Assembly (NCBI GenBank): GCA_965644295.1
Contig: CBFFRP010000297.1
Span: forward strand, 682,001-746,000
From: Paraphysomonas bandaiensis
Lineage: Eukaryota > Protista > Chrysophyceae
Length of the DNA: 64,000 nt
Reading direction: 5' to 3'
The notes beneath the pieces are model-generated. The model saw only the letters and a list, made by a program, of their open reading frames with translations, searched no databases and was not told the origin of the DNA. A program made the position numbers and the translations under genes. Below, in pieces: positions 38,301 to 50,900 of this stretch; the stretch's first letter is position 1, and every line of letters starts with the position of its first letter.

Positions 38301-41215
38301 TGAGGATTATAATTTTGTTCTTGTCGCCTTATTCTATTCATCACGTTTTATTGCTTCGGAAAGTCTGCGAACTTTGCTTGGACCAGACGACCCTGTGCTT
38401 GCTCAGCGCACTGACCCGGAGTCTGTTCGGGCTATTTGTGGCAAATCTCGTCGTGATAATGTTGCTTTCCCCTTGTCATCGTTGCCGTCAAACTGCTGGA
38501 AAGACGCAATGTTTTGGTTTGGACCACGAAATGGATCTGAAGGCAGCCCGCTTTCCAGACCGCAATATATCCTTCTACCTCCTCTGCGCTACGCTGTAGT
38601 TGGTATTGCCATCGAAACGCATGATCAGCATATGACACTATCCAACCACCAAGCAAATCTGATGGCTGAAATACAGCGGTCTTGCATACAGTGTGTTCAA
38701 CAGATTGCGCAAGGGGGTATGCATTTTATGTCTATGTGGACATGTGACCGAGACGAAATTAGTCGGTATGGTCTTGCGACATGCGGTGAAGCAGACGCTA
38801 CGCATGGCCCGGCAAGTTATACTGTTGCAATTTTTATGACACACGTAGGGGATGTATACTATAACAACAATGTGCTTTCTGTGCTGGAAAAGAAAGTTAA
38901 TGAGGTCGCTGCTAAATCCGAAAACGTATTTCACGTTAATGTTTCAATGAAACTAAAGGAGAAGTTTAAACGACACCAGCACCACAGTGCACCTACAGTG
39001 AATGCGAAACTATTGTCGACTAAACTAGTATTGGATGAAGACTTGGATTCTCACGAAGATGTTGGCTTGCAAGATATTGTTGTGTGTTCTATAGCCGCTC
39101 ATCGATTTGTGCACGATGGGGCGTATACCATAAATCCACAAGAAGTAATATTGCATATACTTCAAGCACTACCGCGGTCGTGTTATGCCTCCATAATTGG
39201 TGTGTGTACCCCTAGCTGGGATAGTGCAGCAGTCACTGTCGAAGGTGCATGTGAATTATCCAGCGTTGTGGCAGACAAAATATATGTTTGCTTTCGCGGA
39301 CAGCATTTAGTTGAAAATATTAGCAGTGCCGTAAACATTGCACTTGACACTGTAAACACTATTGCATCAAGTGCTGGTGGTGTAATATTGACATCTGCGG
39401 ATGTGCGATTTAAAAACGTTCGTACACCAGTGCTGAGTGATATCAAAGTTCTTAAAGGTAGGCGGGCACTGGATGTTATTTGCCGCGAGTTTTTGCCGAG
39501 GAAAGACTGTTTTCTTACGGACTTTGCGACCATGAGTTTACAAGCATATGTGCCTGAGTGGGTGACGACACACTCCGTGACTACAGGGTCTTTACATCAC
39601 GACTTACGAATTTTGAGGGCACTCTTCTGTCCAGGGTCTTTTCCTGCTCTCTCGGTTGTCGTTATTCCATATCCCGATAACACAGAGGCATCTCTCTCAG
39701 GAGTGTTCTTTCGCGTGCTCAAGAAGATAGAGAAAGAAGGATTTGATGTCAAACACATATCATCTTGCTTGATGTCTGAAAGTATGGCCAGCTACTGCGC
39801 CGATGAAATTATTCAGGATGGAGAAGACGATACATACTGCAGCAATATAGCTCGCAGTGAATTGCAGAAGAGATTTCAACTGCTGACGGATCGGCCTGTA
39901 TTGTCAGTTGTGGTACAGGGTAATAGCGCCTTACTGCGTCTGCGCTCAATCATAGGTCCGATTGACCCAGATGTGGCTAGTGAACAGTACCCCCTCTCCG
40001 TTGTGGCCAACTTGGCATCGTTTACGGCGATACGAAGTAAATCTCCATTAGTTTTCTTTTCCAGAACTTGTATGTCGACAGAGAAATACTTGGAAAATAT
40101 ATGTAATTGTGGACTGACGGCTCGTGAATTATACCACTGTCCGCCACTAAGCGAATTCGGGAGTAGAGAGCATACTGCCTCTACTACAGTGGTCGATGCA
40201 CCCGGTGACAGTGAAGTGGCTGCCAAAGAGGGTGCAATGACGAAGCTACGTGAGAAGAGTTATCATGAGCAGAAGCGGATGGACAAAACTAGCAGAGTAT
40301 TGCGCACAATTGATTCGACGTCGTCAACAGCGATGGATGCGACTTGTATTGTCCTAACTTCAGCTCTCCTGCGCATTGTCGGGATATCGTCGATTCTTCA
40401 GGCAATTAACAAAGAGAAAATAAAGGTGAATATTTTTCGTTGACCTTAGCTCAAAGTAATCTATATCTAGGTTGTTCACGCTCGAACCTCACTGCTCCAT
40501 CCTACGATGACTCGAAAGCTGCTGGAATTGGCTGGACAATCTTCCCTCTCAATGAAACCTTCCGCGGGGGTATTAAACGATGGTCCTGTCCTTTTTCTCG
40601 CTATGGAGGGGGCTGCTCATAGCATATTGCGTCTGAAGTCTATCCTTCAGCAGCCTACAGGAGGCAGCGGCTTTTCACACGGAGATTTTCTTTTGAACGT
40701 ATGCTGCTATGTTTACTTATACTTGTAGGTGTAAATTACTTACCTCTGTTTAGTCTAGGCATGGGGGATCTCAAGAGGGTCATGTTCCTTCTTCGTTAGG
40801 TAAACTTTTAGATGGATCATGGGGGCTTCTGGCGTCTTCTTCTTCGAGGCTTGCAAGAAATTTGCTGGTGTACTCGTTCGATTGTTTATATACTTCCACC
40901 TGTTCGATAGTAGCTAACGATGACGTATGTACTCCTCCCAGCAAGAGTCATCTTCGAAGTCTCTCTGGAAACACGGCACGCGATGGCGCAGATAGTTCTG
41001 ACGTAGCTTCATTTCACACTCCAGTGCAGCCCCCTCCACGATCATTCCTTGCAGAGGAATCGCCAACGTATTTCACCCCGCCCACTGGAGCCAGGCCAGC
41101 TCGGACCAAAATCGCAGAAGACATGTCACTATACGCAGCGTCTGAGGAAAGCAAAGGTAGCAAGACGTTAGCGGAAGATGATACGGCATGTACAAGCTTG
41201 GAGGAATTAGATTAA
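35374..41215 (+). CDS. Large protein with degenerate NDP-kinase-like repeats (DNAAF8/NME-like), multi-exon
   Basis: LLGPDDPVLAQRTDPESVRAICG and IIGPIDPDVASEQYPLSV resemble the NDK GPxxPxxA...PxSIRA motif; long disordered N-terminus. Confidence 0.6.
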
Positions 41216-41386
41216 TGCGCTATTCGTGTTTATTAGTTTTGTAGCGGTCTCAAATGATTCGGTCAGTCATACTACGTAATGGTTCATTATATAGTACTGA
41301 GCTTCCTCATATTACCTCTCTATGTGCTAGTTTTTCGTTTCAGCCATACCGCATGTAATAATAATAGTTGCTTACCACCAGTTCAT

Positions 41387-41508
41387 CAGGGCCTGGTAAC
41401 CATTAATGGGCCATTAATGGTAATGCCATTATAATTGCTGGGGCATTTTTTATTAATGCCATTATAATTGCCGGGAACTGGACTACCATTAATGGTTACC
41501 AGGCCCTG
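41387..41508. mobile_element. Minimal hAT-type MITE (122 bp)
   Basis: 23-bp perfect TIR CAGGGCCTGGTAACCATTAATGG; perfect 8-bp TSD CAGTTCAT at 41379-41386 and 41509-41516. Confidence 0.92.
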
Positions 41509-42297
41509 CAGTTCATGAAGTACCTCTTTAGATGTAAATAATAGCAATCATACACCGTATTAGAATTGGACCTTGCACTGAACTCTGAACTTAACCTTAC
41601 TCTACCCGTTGACCTGAACCTCACTTTGCTGCGCACAACGTACTTTCAAGAGAAAAACTATAATTATTAATCTAAACAGTTCCCAACATATCTATGTAAC
41701 ATCTGGTGAATATCTGTCCTCAGAAAATCTGTTTATCCAATTTTCACTACCAGTCGGTTCTATATATCTTGCATAGTCATAAATGAGTAATCGAATTTAC
41801 TTTCTTTGAGTTGGTTTCACGTATTACACACTATTAACTCACTTCAATTGCACAATATGTATTGTATATTGTATATTGGTTCATACAGGAGAACTAACAC
41901 ACTGATTCTTTATTTGTGTTCACGTGTTCATAACGTAAACAATATTTTGTCTATTGAGCGAAATAAATATTCTACATGCAGTCACTAAAGATTCATGGCT
42001 TTGCTCGGCTTTAGCCAGGCATAAAGCTAACAAATTTTGTTTTATTGCTTACTTAATTTTGACACTTCAGGAGGGCCTTGATTCGTGTGTGTATTGATAT
42101 AGAGTTATCTATGAAACAATCACGTGAAACTGCTATCGTAAATGCATCTTGATTCCCACAATTCAGTTTTTGTTTAGGGAAACTAGATGCTGAGATATCA
42201 GTAGATACCAAAAAAGAAATACATTTCTACTATATAATTACGGGCAGTCAACATAAACATGTATATACACGGTACAAACATTTCCATGCAGGATTTA

Positions 42298-45200
42298 CTA
42301 ATCGAATGATGTCTCAGATTCGTTTTCTCGGGCATTTTCGAAAATCGTACCTTTCATGTCACCCTGCTCTCGAAGAGGGGACATAACGGGAGTCAGACTA
42401 TCAATACTAGCAACATGGGAAACGGTTTCTCCAAGGTTTCTTATGCCAGCTGCAGCAGTTAGGTCCTGCAGACTAGAGAATAACGATTCCATTTTCTACA
42501 ACAATTATGGAATCATCGTATGACCAGTAAATTATAACCCACGACTCGTACCTGTAACTTCTTGTGGCATTCTACCAATTCACTCCGTTTTTGTTTTAAG
42601 GCATGTTTTAGTTCACTAACAACAGTCTGATTGTCTTTCTGCAGTGATGCAACATGTCGTCGTAGATCACCCACATCACGTAACAAGGAGAATCTCGACT
42701 CCTATAGGGCAAATTTTATTCCTATCATGTACGTTACGATGAAATTCACCTTTTCAGCTTCGAACTTATTCTTGTATTCATTTTGCGAAGCGACCGCAGC
42801 TGCCTGAGTGCATACATTACCGTTGAAGCGACAGCAGAATGAAACGTACCAAATCTCCTGCAAGCTTCTGTGCAGTGTCGTCTTTCAGTTTTGCGCTCTG
42901 GATATGATCTTTGAAACTCTTACTGATACTGTTCAGTTCAGACTGGGCTGACCTACGCACGTCATGAAGTCATGTCAAGCGCACCCACAGTGCAGAACTA
43001 CTTACTCTAAGTCGGCATCGCGCTCTCTGAGAGCTTTTGTAAGGCGTCCAATCTCTTCTTCCATGCGCTGCTCTAGACAAGACCGTTCTTCCCTCCATTC
43101 CTCCTCCATCTCAGCAACCCTCATTATCGCCGCCTTTTCCTCTTCCTTACTACCCTCCAGTTGATTTTCTAAGTCTGCCATTTCGTCCCGAATCTCTTCT
43201 TCTACTAGTCTATGGGATTCAGTAAGTCGCTCGATCTCTTCTCTGTGGCGGTCCTTTAGCCTTCGTATCGTCATGTTGAGGTCGTCAATCATCTTGTCTT
43301 TAACACGCAGAGATAACTCTCCTTCATCAAGCTTCGATCGAGTAGACTCTATCTTCTCACTCAATTCCCTTTCCCTCTCCGAACATCTTTCAACCGCCTC
43401 GTCACGCTCTCGATGAGCCTCCTCTAACTCTCCCATTAGCATAGACAGTCGCTCTGATAGGTCTCTCTTCTCGTCATCAACTTCTATAGTTTTTCTACGT
43501 GACTCTAATTCCCGACATCGGTCAGTAATTCGTCTCAACACAGTCTTCAATTCATGTATCAGACTCCGCTGTTCCGATATAGTTGCCTCATGCTTTACAC
43601 AGGATTGTTGTAGCTTTTCAATTTCATCGGCCTGTGAGCTGTTCTCACTGCGAAGATTAGAAAATGCAGAAGCTAGCTTGTTAAGTTGCTTCTCAAGTTT
43701 TCCTATTTCTACCTCATTCTCTTTGGTACGCACGTTTTGACTCTCATTTTTCAACCTCAGCTTTTCACACTCACGATGACTGTCAGACTTCTCTTTTTCC
43801 AGATCTGCACACTTCCTCCGTAGCTCAGATACTGCAGACTCAGCACGCGCCAATCGGCTGAGATCGTGCTCGTGTGTCTGGCTAAGGTGGAGGGCTTCCT
43901 CGAGTTGGGCTCGCAACTCGGCTATGGTAGTGTTAGACAACGGACATGTTGGACATGGTCTAGATTCTTCCTCTTTAAGACTTCTACTGAGACTGTCAAC
44001 TTGCCTTTTTACAGAATCTAACTCATCAGATACCTCAGCCAACTTCTGGTCTTTACTTGATATTTCTTTCTGAGCGCAAATAAGCTCATTCTGGAGTCTA
44101 TGCTCAGTGTCCGACACTATCGCGCGTCCTCTCTCCTCAGCAGCTGCAACGTCTGCTGTAAATTTGTTCTCTAGTTGTCTATAAAGTTCTTTCAGTTGAG
44201 TTAATTCCTTTCGGTGGGCTTGTGCTGCGCTCTCTGCCTTAACTAGCCTGTGGCGTAGTGATGTATTCTTCCTAGTTTCCTCCATAACCTGCCGCTCTAG
44301 CCTGGCCCGCTCTGCAGTCAACGTACTTCGTGCGGACTCTGCTGCTCCAGAAGCTCGCTCAGCGGTTAATCTCACAAGTGAATTTTCCTGAAGCATCGCC
44401 TGATGGGCGTCAGATATTCCTGCGCACTGAACAACACATCGCCAGTGCCGAATATATAGTCTCTTTATATGACGGAATGAATAGACACTCTGAACAGCAC
44501 AAGCCACACGGGCCAATTGAACAACCCCTTTCCAATTATAGCTATCGCTAGAACACTCTGTCTGGACCTCAGCTTCATGCATTGCAACCTTCACATCAAC
44601 AGTCTGAATCGCAGCCTCTTTCATCACCTGCTTCTCGTAGCGGTTGTAGCGTTCACGTATTCCTCCCTTCAAGGGGGGGCTATCTGCCCAGGGGTTGTTT
44701 CGTTTGTTTATCACACCACGACTATGAATATCACCGAACCTAGGGCGGCGCTGGTCATGAGCGTCGGTATTCTGAGGACCCCACTGCTCCGTGTTATCCC
44801 CTGCAAAGTTATTTTCTATGTGAAAACTCTCATCAGAGGAGCTAGAAGCAAGATGTACATCTTCCAAAGCGCTGTGCTCTTCCAGGTACGGAGTGGTTGA
44901 CGAATCAGCTCTAGTTCCATCCACTGGAGTACAGGTGCTGGTTGGCAACCCTGAATGGCTTTGAACACGATGTCGATACATCGAAGCAACAGCATCAAAT
45001 CGTGGCGTTGATACTTCATCTTGAGATTCGATGCCCTTACCATCTACTTGTGATGCCCACTCCCCACGTGACTTGCCATCTATCCTCCCGTAGTAGCTAT
45101 ACGAATCAAAGACTTCTAAAATGCTCTCTACATGAGAACATATCGGATTGGAATGTCGTCCATCAGAATTACTAAGAGTTATATCAGATAATGAAGAAAG

Positions 45201-45650
45201 TGTTTGTATTGATGTAAAGGCATCAGAAGAGGAGAGAGAATTACCACGCGCATCTAACATCTTAAGAGAAGGAAATCCATCTAATCCATCTAGACTTGTT
45301 AAGCAATTAAATGCAACAGAGATCGTTTCCAGATATGGTAAATAAGGAAGATCTAATAGAGATGTGATTTGATTGCCTGATATATCCACTTGACGTAAAT
45401 GAGGCATATGCGATAAGTCTGATAGTTTAATGAAACGATTGGATGATATGTTGAGCTCTATCACACTATCAGACTGTTTGATATCAAGTGATTGTAACTG
45501 ATTTCCATGAAGATTAAGAATATGAATATTATCTAATGATCCAATCAGAGATTCATCCGAAATCTGTTCGTTTATCCGGCACAACTCATTCAGTTCATTG
45601 CTATCAATGGGATCCTTCATATGACTATTCTCTGTATCAAAAGACTCCAT
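42298..45650 (-). CDS. LRR and coiled-coil centriolar protein (LRRCC1/VFL1-like), multi-exon
   Basis: N-terminal SDS22-type LRRs (LNLHGNQL, LNISSNRF, VDISGNQI, LDARGNSL), LRR cap NPIC, and a long coiled coil. Confidence 0.7.
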
Positions 45651-46298
45651 GGAGTGGTAAAGGGATTAAAGAATGAAAGATTTCATTGAATGAATGATGA
45701 GTAGTGTGTATATTGCTATCATTAGAGTGTGTGTAGTGCTTTTAAATATTTAAACTATGTATATATATGTATATATACACTCTGTGTAGAAATAATCCCA
45801 ATATATGGATATTTTGGCTATAAATAACAGAGATATTCAACAATATACCCCGAAAACCCCTTTTTTATGTACTACTAAACCAACTAAACTATACAAACCC
45901 CAATAATTTCATCCTTCCATGATCTAAATAATCTAGATATTCATAATATCAACTAAACCCCCTATTTTCTACACTATAAACCTTGAATTTTGGAGGACAC
46001 CAGAAAATGTCCCAGAAAATCATCTCCACAATCTACACTACAATACAATACTATGGAATACACAGCAGAGATCCGTCGGTGGGAAAAAGTCCAGGTATTT
46101 TGCTATATACTGTTTTTTTATGACGAAAAAAGGTCGATTTTTTAGCCTGGTGGACATATTCACACATATCATCATATCACGTGGAGACGTTTTTTGACAA
46201 AGTGGACCAGCCCTCCACTTGTCGGCCTGGATTTGGTCCCACTCGAAATAAAAAAATTGTGGTTATTTTGACCACAATTTCAAAGGATCCCACCCCAG

Positions 46299-46403
46299 TT
46301 CCTATAAACCCACTTCCTATAAAACCCACTTCCTATAAACCCACTTCCTATAAAACCCACTTCCTATAAAACCCACTTCCTATAAAACCCACTTCCTATA
46401 AAA
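46299..46403 (+). repeat. Subterminal tandem array (CCTATAAAACCCACTT) x ~6.5
   Basis: 15-16-bp unit seen directly; inverted degenerate copies at ~56067-56107. Confidence 0.9.
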
Positions 46404-46710
46404 ATAATGCCCTTTTGCTATAATCCCATTTCCTATAAACTGCTGAAAACTCCACTTTTCTCTCGTCGACTGTATTCCTATTCCTGTACTCCTGGTTTCC
46501 TCAATTACCATGATCAACGGCTATCATGGTGGGTCCAATGCATGCTGGAGGAGTATCGCTCACATAACACTCCGTCCATAGGCATACACTGTCACTTGAC
46601 ACGGCTTGATCCTCAGCAACACTGTCGACATGGATACCAATCTCATATAGAGGGAATGGTACAGAAACATACCATTCCCTCTATAATCTCATTGTGGATA
46701 CATAGTCACA

Positions 46711-47254
46711 ATGTTCAACAAACAATTACCATTGCTATCGTCCAAACAGAGGCGTCTATTGTACTGGCAACGACATGTGTACACTCGGAATTCTCTGAAG
46801 CAAACTGTTGATGGACGGTACAAAGTATATTGGGTATGTGAGGCTGGGGATGCGTGCACGGGCCGGGCCGTATCGACAAGAGAGTCAGAAGACGGAGAAG
46901 ACACTGACATTCGAATGACCAAGCCCCACACAGCTGTGGTATTTGATTACGAAGAAACTGAAGCTGAAAATCTTGAGACTCCATGCCAGGTGACGGAGAT
47001 AGTCTATATCAATAGGCAAGCAAAGGCCCAGTTTCTTGCTCATTTTGCCTATGGCGTTGTCGATGCATATCGTACGATGGCCATATCATTGCAAAATCCT
47101 GAGCTTACGTCACCAGAATACGTTGCTGCTCGTGGATTTGCGCATTTTAGATTTGCGTGACAGTAAGTGTCTTATTTTCCATACAGATGCCTTTTTTGAG
47201 AGGTTGTGTGGTGCAAATATGGTGTACACCGACGGCACATTTAAATACAAATGA
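46711..47254 (+). pseudogene. Truncated MULE transposase
   Basis: FLYWCH-like VYWVCEAGDACTGRA...PHT; first catalytic Asp motif VYTDGTFK, followed by a stop at a rearrangement junction. Confidence 0.7.
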
Positions 47255-47537
47255 TGAGTAAATACCCGATATGTAATGTCTTTGAAAACTCCACCTGAAC
47301 CGAATTCCTATGGGATTTTGACAAAATGAATCTGGGTTTGGTAAGCAGAACTGCCCTTCCTGTATAAAGAAATTTGGGTTTACGACGACTGTATCTTCAA
47401 TAATATAATACAGCCGAAGATGAGTAAATACCCGATATGTAATGTCTTTGAAAACTCCACCTGTCTGCTTACCAAACCCAGATTCATTTTGTCAAAATCC
47501 CATAGGAATTCGGTTCAGGTGGAGTTTTCAAAGACAT
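47253..47537. repeat. Tandem plus inverted copies of a 166-bp HECT 5' segment (A-B-C-A-B'-A', continuing at 53123-53266)
   Basis: Exact block matches: A 47253-47297 and 47419-47463, B 47298-47349, C 47350-47418, B' 47464-47515. Confidence 0.92.
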
Positions 47538-47854
47538 TGTAGGACTATCCACTTACATATAGAATATATACGTGTACATGTCCTGTATTATATGATTAGT
47601 AGTACAGTACTGTATTGTATACGTGTACCATGTAGTTAGGAATACAAACTGTAGGGAATGTGATTGTTGGGATTAGCAATAGCCGTTGATATTGTAGACA
47701 GTATTATTAGCCGTTGATATTGTAGACAGTATTATTAGCCGTTGATATTGTAGACAGTATTATTCATGATTCATTATACGATAATAATCATTATTTTGTA
47801 CTTCTGTACTTGGGTATTGCTTTGCACACATACACATATGTATGCAAGCCCACA
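47538..47854 (+). repeat. 5' LTR (contains 3 x 28-bp TAGCCGTTGATATTGTAGACAGTATTAT)
   Basis: Direct repeat of 52802-53118. Confidence 0.96.
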
Positions 47855-47903
47855 GTAATATTACTTAATAAGTAGTACTCAATCTCTGTGATATAACAAT
47901 ATT

Positions 47904-50900
47904 ATGGGGGAAAGTAAGAGAAGCAAAATAAAAGCAGCTCCTCAAATAGAGGAATTGTTAGCTGCTTCGGGTTCTTCGTCTAAAAAGACGAAAAGAGAGA
48001 GAGAATCCTCTCGAAAACGAGCAAGAGATGCAACAACATCATCTCAAATGCAATCTTCTCCTCAAACTGAGACATCAGTAGAGGCTGAAGGAGAATTGAG
48101 TGGAGTATCATTTCGTGAGCTCTCTTCTTCTCAACCAAAGAGAAAGAAGCAAAGGAGTGGAGATCCGCACCCCAACAGGAGTGAGCGCATTGACTTGAAT
48201 GAAGTCATTGCGACGGAATCCACTCCACATGAAGTAATCAATACCGACTCTATTCCCTACTTAGGTAGTGTGCAAGATGAGGATATCATCGAATTTTGTG
48301 AAAATCTCTCGAAAAGAGATCCTAAAGGGACAAAATTCATAAGGTCAGAAATCATGGCACCAACAGTGCGTGATATGCTTCAGTTTCAGCGACAGCAGGA
48401 TTTTGGAGATGAGTCTGACGAGGACTGGCTAGATCCAAACATTGTAACTACTGAGGAATTGATTCAGTGGTTAAAGCAAGCCTTTCTAGAGGAAGAGGAG
48501 CGATACTCTGATACATTGGAGCCTCTTCCTAGGTTCATAGATAATATCATTGGACCAAAGGTTAAGGTGGATATTCATGTTCCTAAAGTATTCTTAAAAG
48601 AATATGGACGTCTGAATGAGCTTTATAAGCTCATTCCGGAGGCAAGTCTCACAGAGGTAGCCTCGGATACCATAGTCAAAACCCTCAAGAAAAACATTAA
48701 ACTTGTGGGCGGACATTCCTTCAGAAAGGATGCCAAAGAGAAATTTATAGCGGATATAGGCCAAGGTCAATCTGCACCAAAAGATTTCGGAGCATTCTGT
48801 AGAAAGGTGCGAGAGCTTAACAATGACTATAGTCAAGCTGTGAGAAAAGTAAAGAGGATGGAAACTAAATTGGATTCCAAAGAAACATCTAAGTCTAACA
48901 AGACTAAGAATACAAAAACTTCATCCTCCAGCTCATCCTCAAGTACTAAAGCAACAACTGATACTAAGGAAGCATGTTGGATATGCGGTAATCTTCATAA
49001 AGGTGACTGCACCCGCAAAACCTGTGCATGGGCTAACCATGAAAAGAAGCCATGGAAAGATTCCACACAGGGCAAAAAATATGCGGTTATGGGTTGGAGT
49101 ACCTGCCCTTATGTGGAGAATCCTGATGGTCCTCCAAGATCGAAAACAAGTAAGTTATCATGCCCTAAGTGTTTATATATAAATGCTATTGACATGAATA
49201 ATGATATGCTCGATGTCTTTGTATATCCTAAAGCTGATGTCAATGTACAACAGGTAAAGGAAAATCTAAGAGCTAAAGCCTTATTGGACACGGGGGCTAC
49301 TGGGAATAATTTCATTAACCAAGAACTTGCTGATATGTTAGTTGCTAGGTATAGAATTCCATTGCACGAGTGTAACATTAAAATTTGTAGTGCGCTTGAT
49401 AATGCTTGTTGTAGTAGCAAGCAATATATGATAATAACTATAAGATTAACTGATGAGTATAACAATACTCTTGATATTGAGTTGCAATGTTTGATAATAG
49501 ATAGCACCTTTGATATCATAATTGGTAGAGAAACTATCAAGAAATATAGATTAGTTGATCATTTTCCATCTCACTTTATGGAAAGAGAGTTAGCAGGGAA
49601 AATGCTAGCTACGGCCGCGGGCCATGCTGAGAAGACTCAGCTTCTCTCGGAACATATTAGTGAGAGAGCCACATGTTATAATAACATGGAAACATTAAGG
49701 CGCCAAGCTAAGGAACACCTTAGTTATAATAATAATTTACTTACAAGTAATAGCTTGGTTAGTACTATGTATTCACCTCCAATATCATCCATGCGTATAA
49801 GTGCATATGAAAAGGAAGATATAGGCGAGATTAGAGATAACTATCTGGAGTCAATCCCAGAAGAAATAGTTACAAATACTCAGGAAAAAGTAGAAGGTAC
49901 TACGTTACCAACTAAAATCTCTGGTCCCGAATCTTTACAAAGGAGGGTGAGAGAAATCCATGAAATCTATAAGGATAGATTTAGAACCACAGTGTCGGAT
50001 ATGCCAATGGATGTTCCACCTTTTGAATTAGAGGTAGATAGGGATGCTTGGGAACAACCAAAACATTGTGGTCCGCCACGAAAGATGGATCGAGTACGAC
50101 AGTATGCTTGTAAAAAGCAAATCGATACATTTGTGGAGCATGGAATAATACAACCAAGTACGGCTCCTTATTATAGCCAGGTATTATTAGTTCCCAAACC
50201 AAATGATAAATGGCGATTCTGTGTAGACTATAAAGGTCTAAACAAGCACACACAGAGGGAACGTTGGCCAATACCTAACATCAAAGAAATGTTAGAACGT
50301 ATTGGGTCTAAGAAACCCAAATACTTCATAATTCTGGATTTAGTATCTGGTTATTACCAGGCTAAAATTTCAGAGTACTCGAGAAAGTGGACGGCATTTA
50401 TAACCTTCTGGGGAGTATTCGAATGGCTCCGACTACCCATGGGTTTGAGTGGTGCTCCATCATACTTTCAACGAGTATTAACAACAATTGTGCTTGCCGG
50501 GTTGATTATGTTCATATGTGAATTATATCTAGATGACCTGATTATATATGCTTCTACAGAAGATGAACTAATTGAAAATTACGTTAAAGTTCTAGAACGC
50601 TTCAGGAAATACAATGTTTACATTAATCCTGAGAAAGTGAAAATAGGAGAGTCCGAAGTACAATATGTAGGACATACTCTAAATGAGGAAGGGTTACACT
50701 TTACTAGAGAACGTCTGGATAGTGTATTAAATTTCCCAAAGCCTGAAACTATGAAGGGTCTAAAATCTTTCCTCGGATTGGCAAATTATTTTCGGGATCA
50801 CGTGCACAACCACTCCTTAGTGGTGAGACCGTTAAATAAAATGCTTCTCAACTATCATAGACGTAAACGTCTACAATGGACAGAGGATGCCAATGAAGCA

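Noticed and set aside
46299-46403. Telomere-like (TAAACCC) or CRISPR-like array
   Set aside because: The unit is 15-16 bp with no spacers and is mirrored at the other transposon end, so it is a subterminal repeat.
47681-47764. 28-bp direct repeats resembling CRISPR repeats
   Set aside because: Head-to-tail without spacers and inside the LTR.
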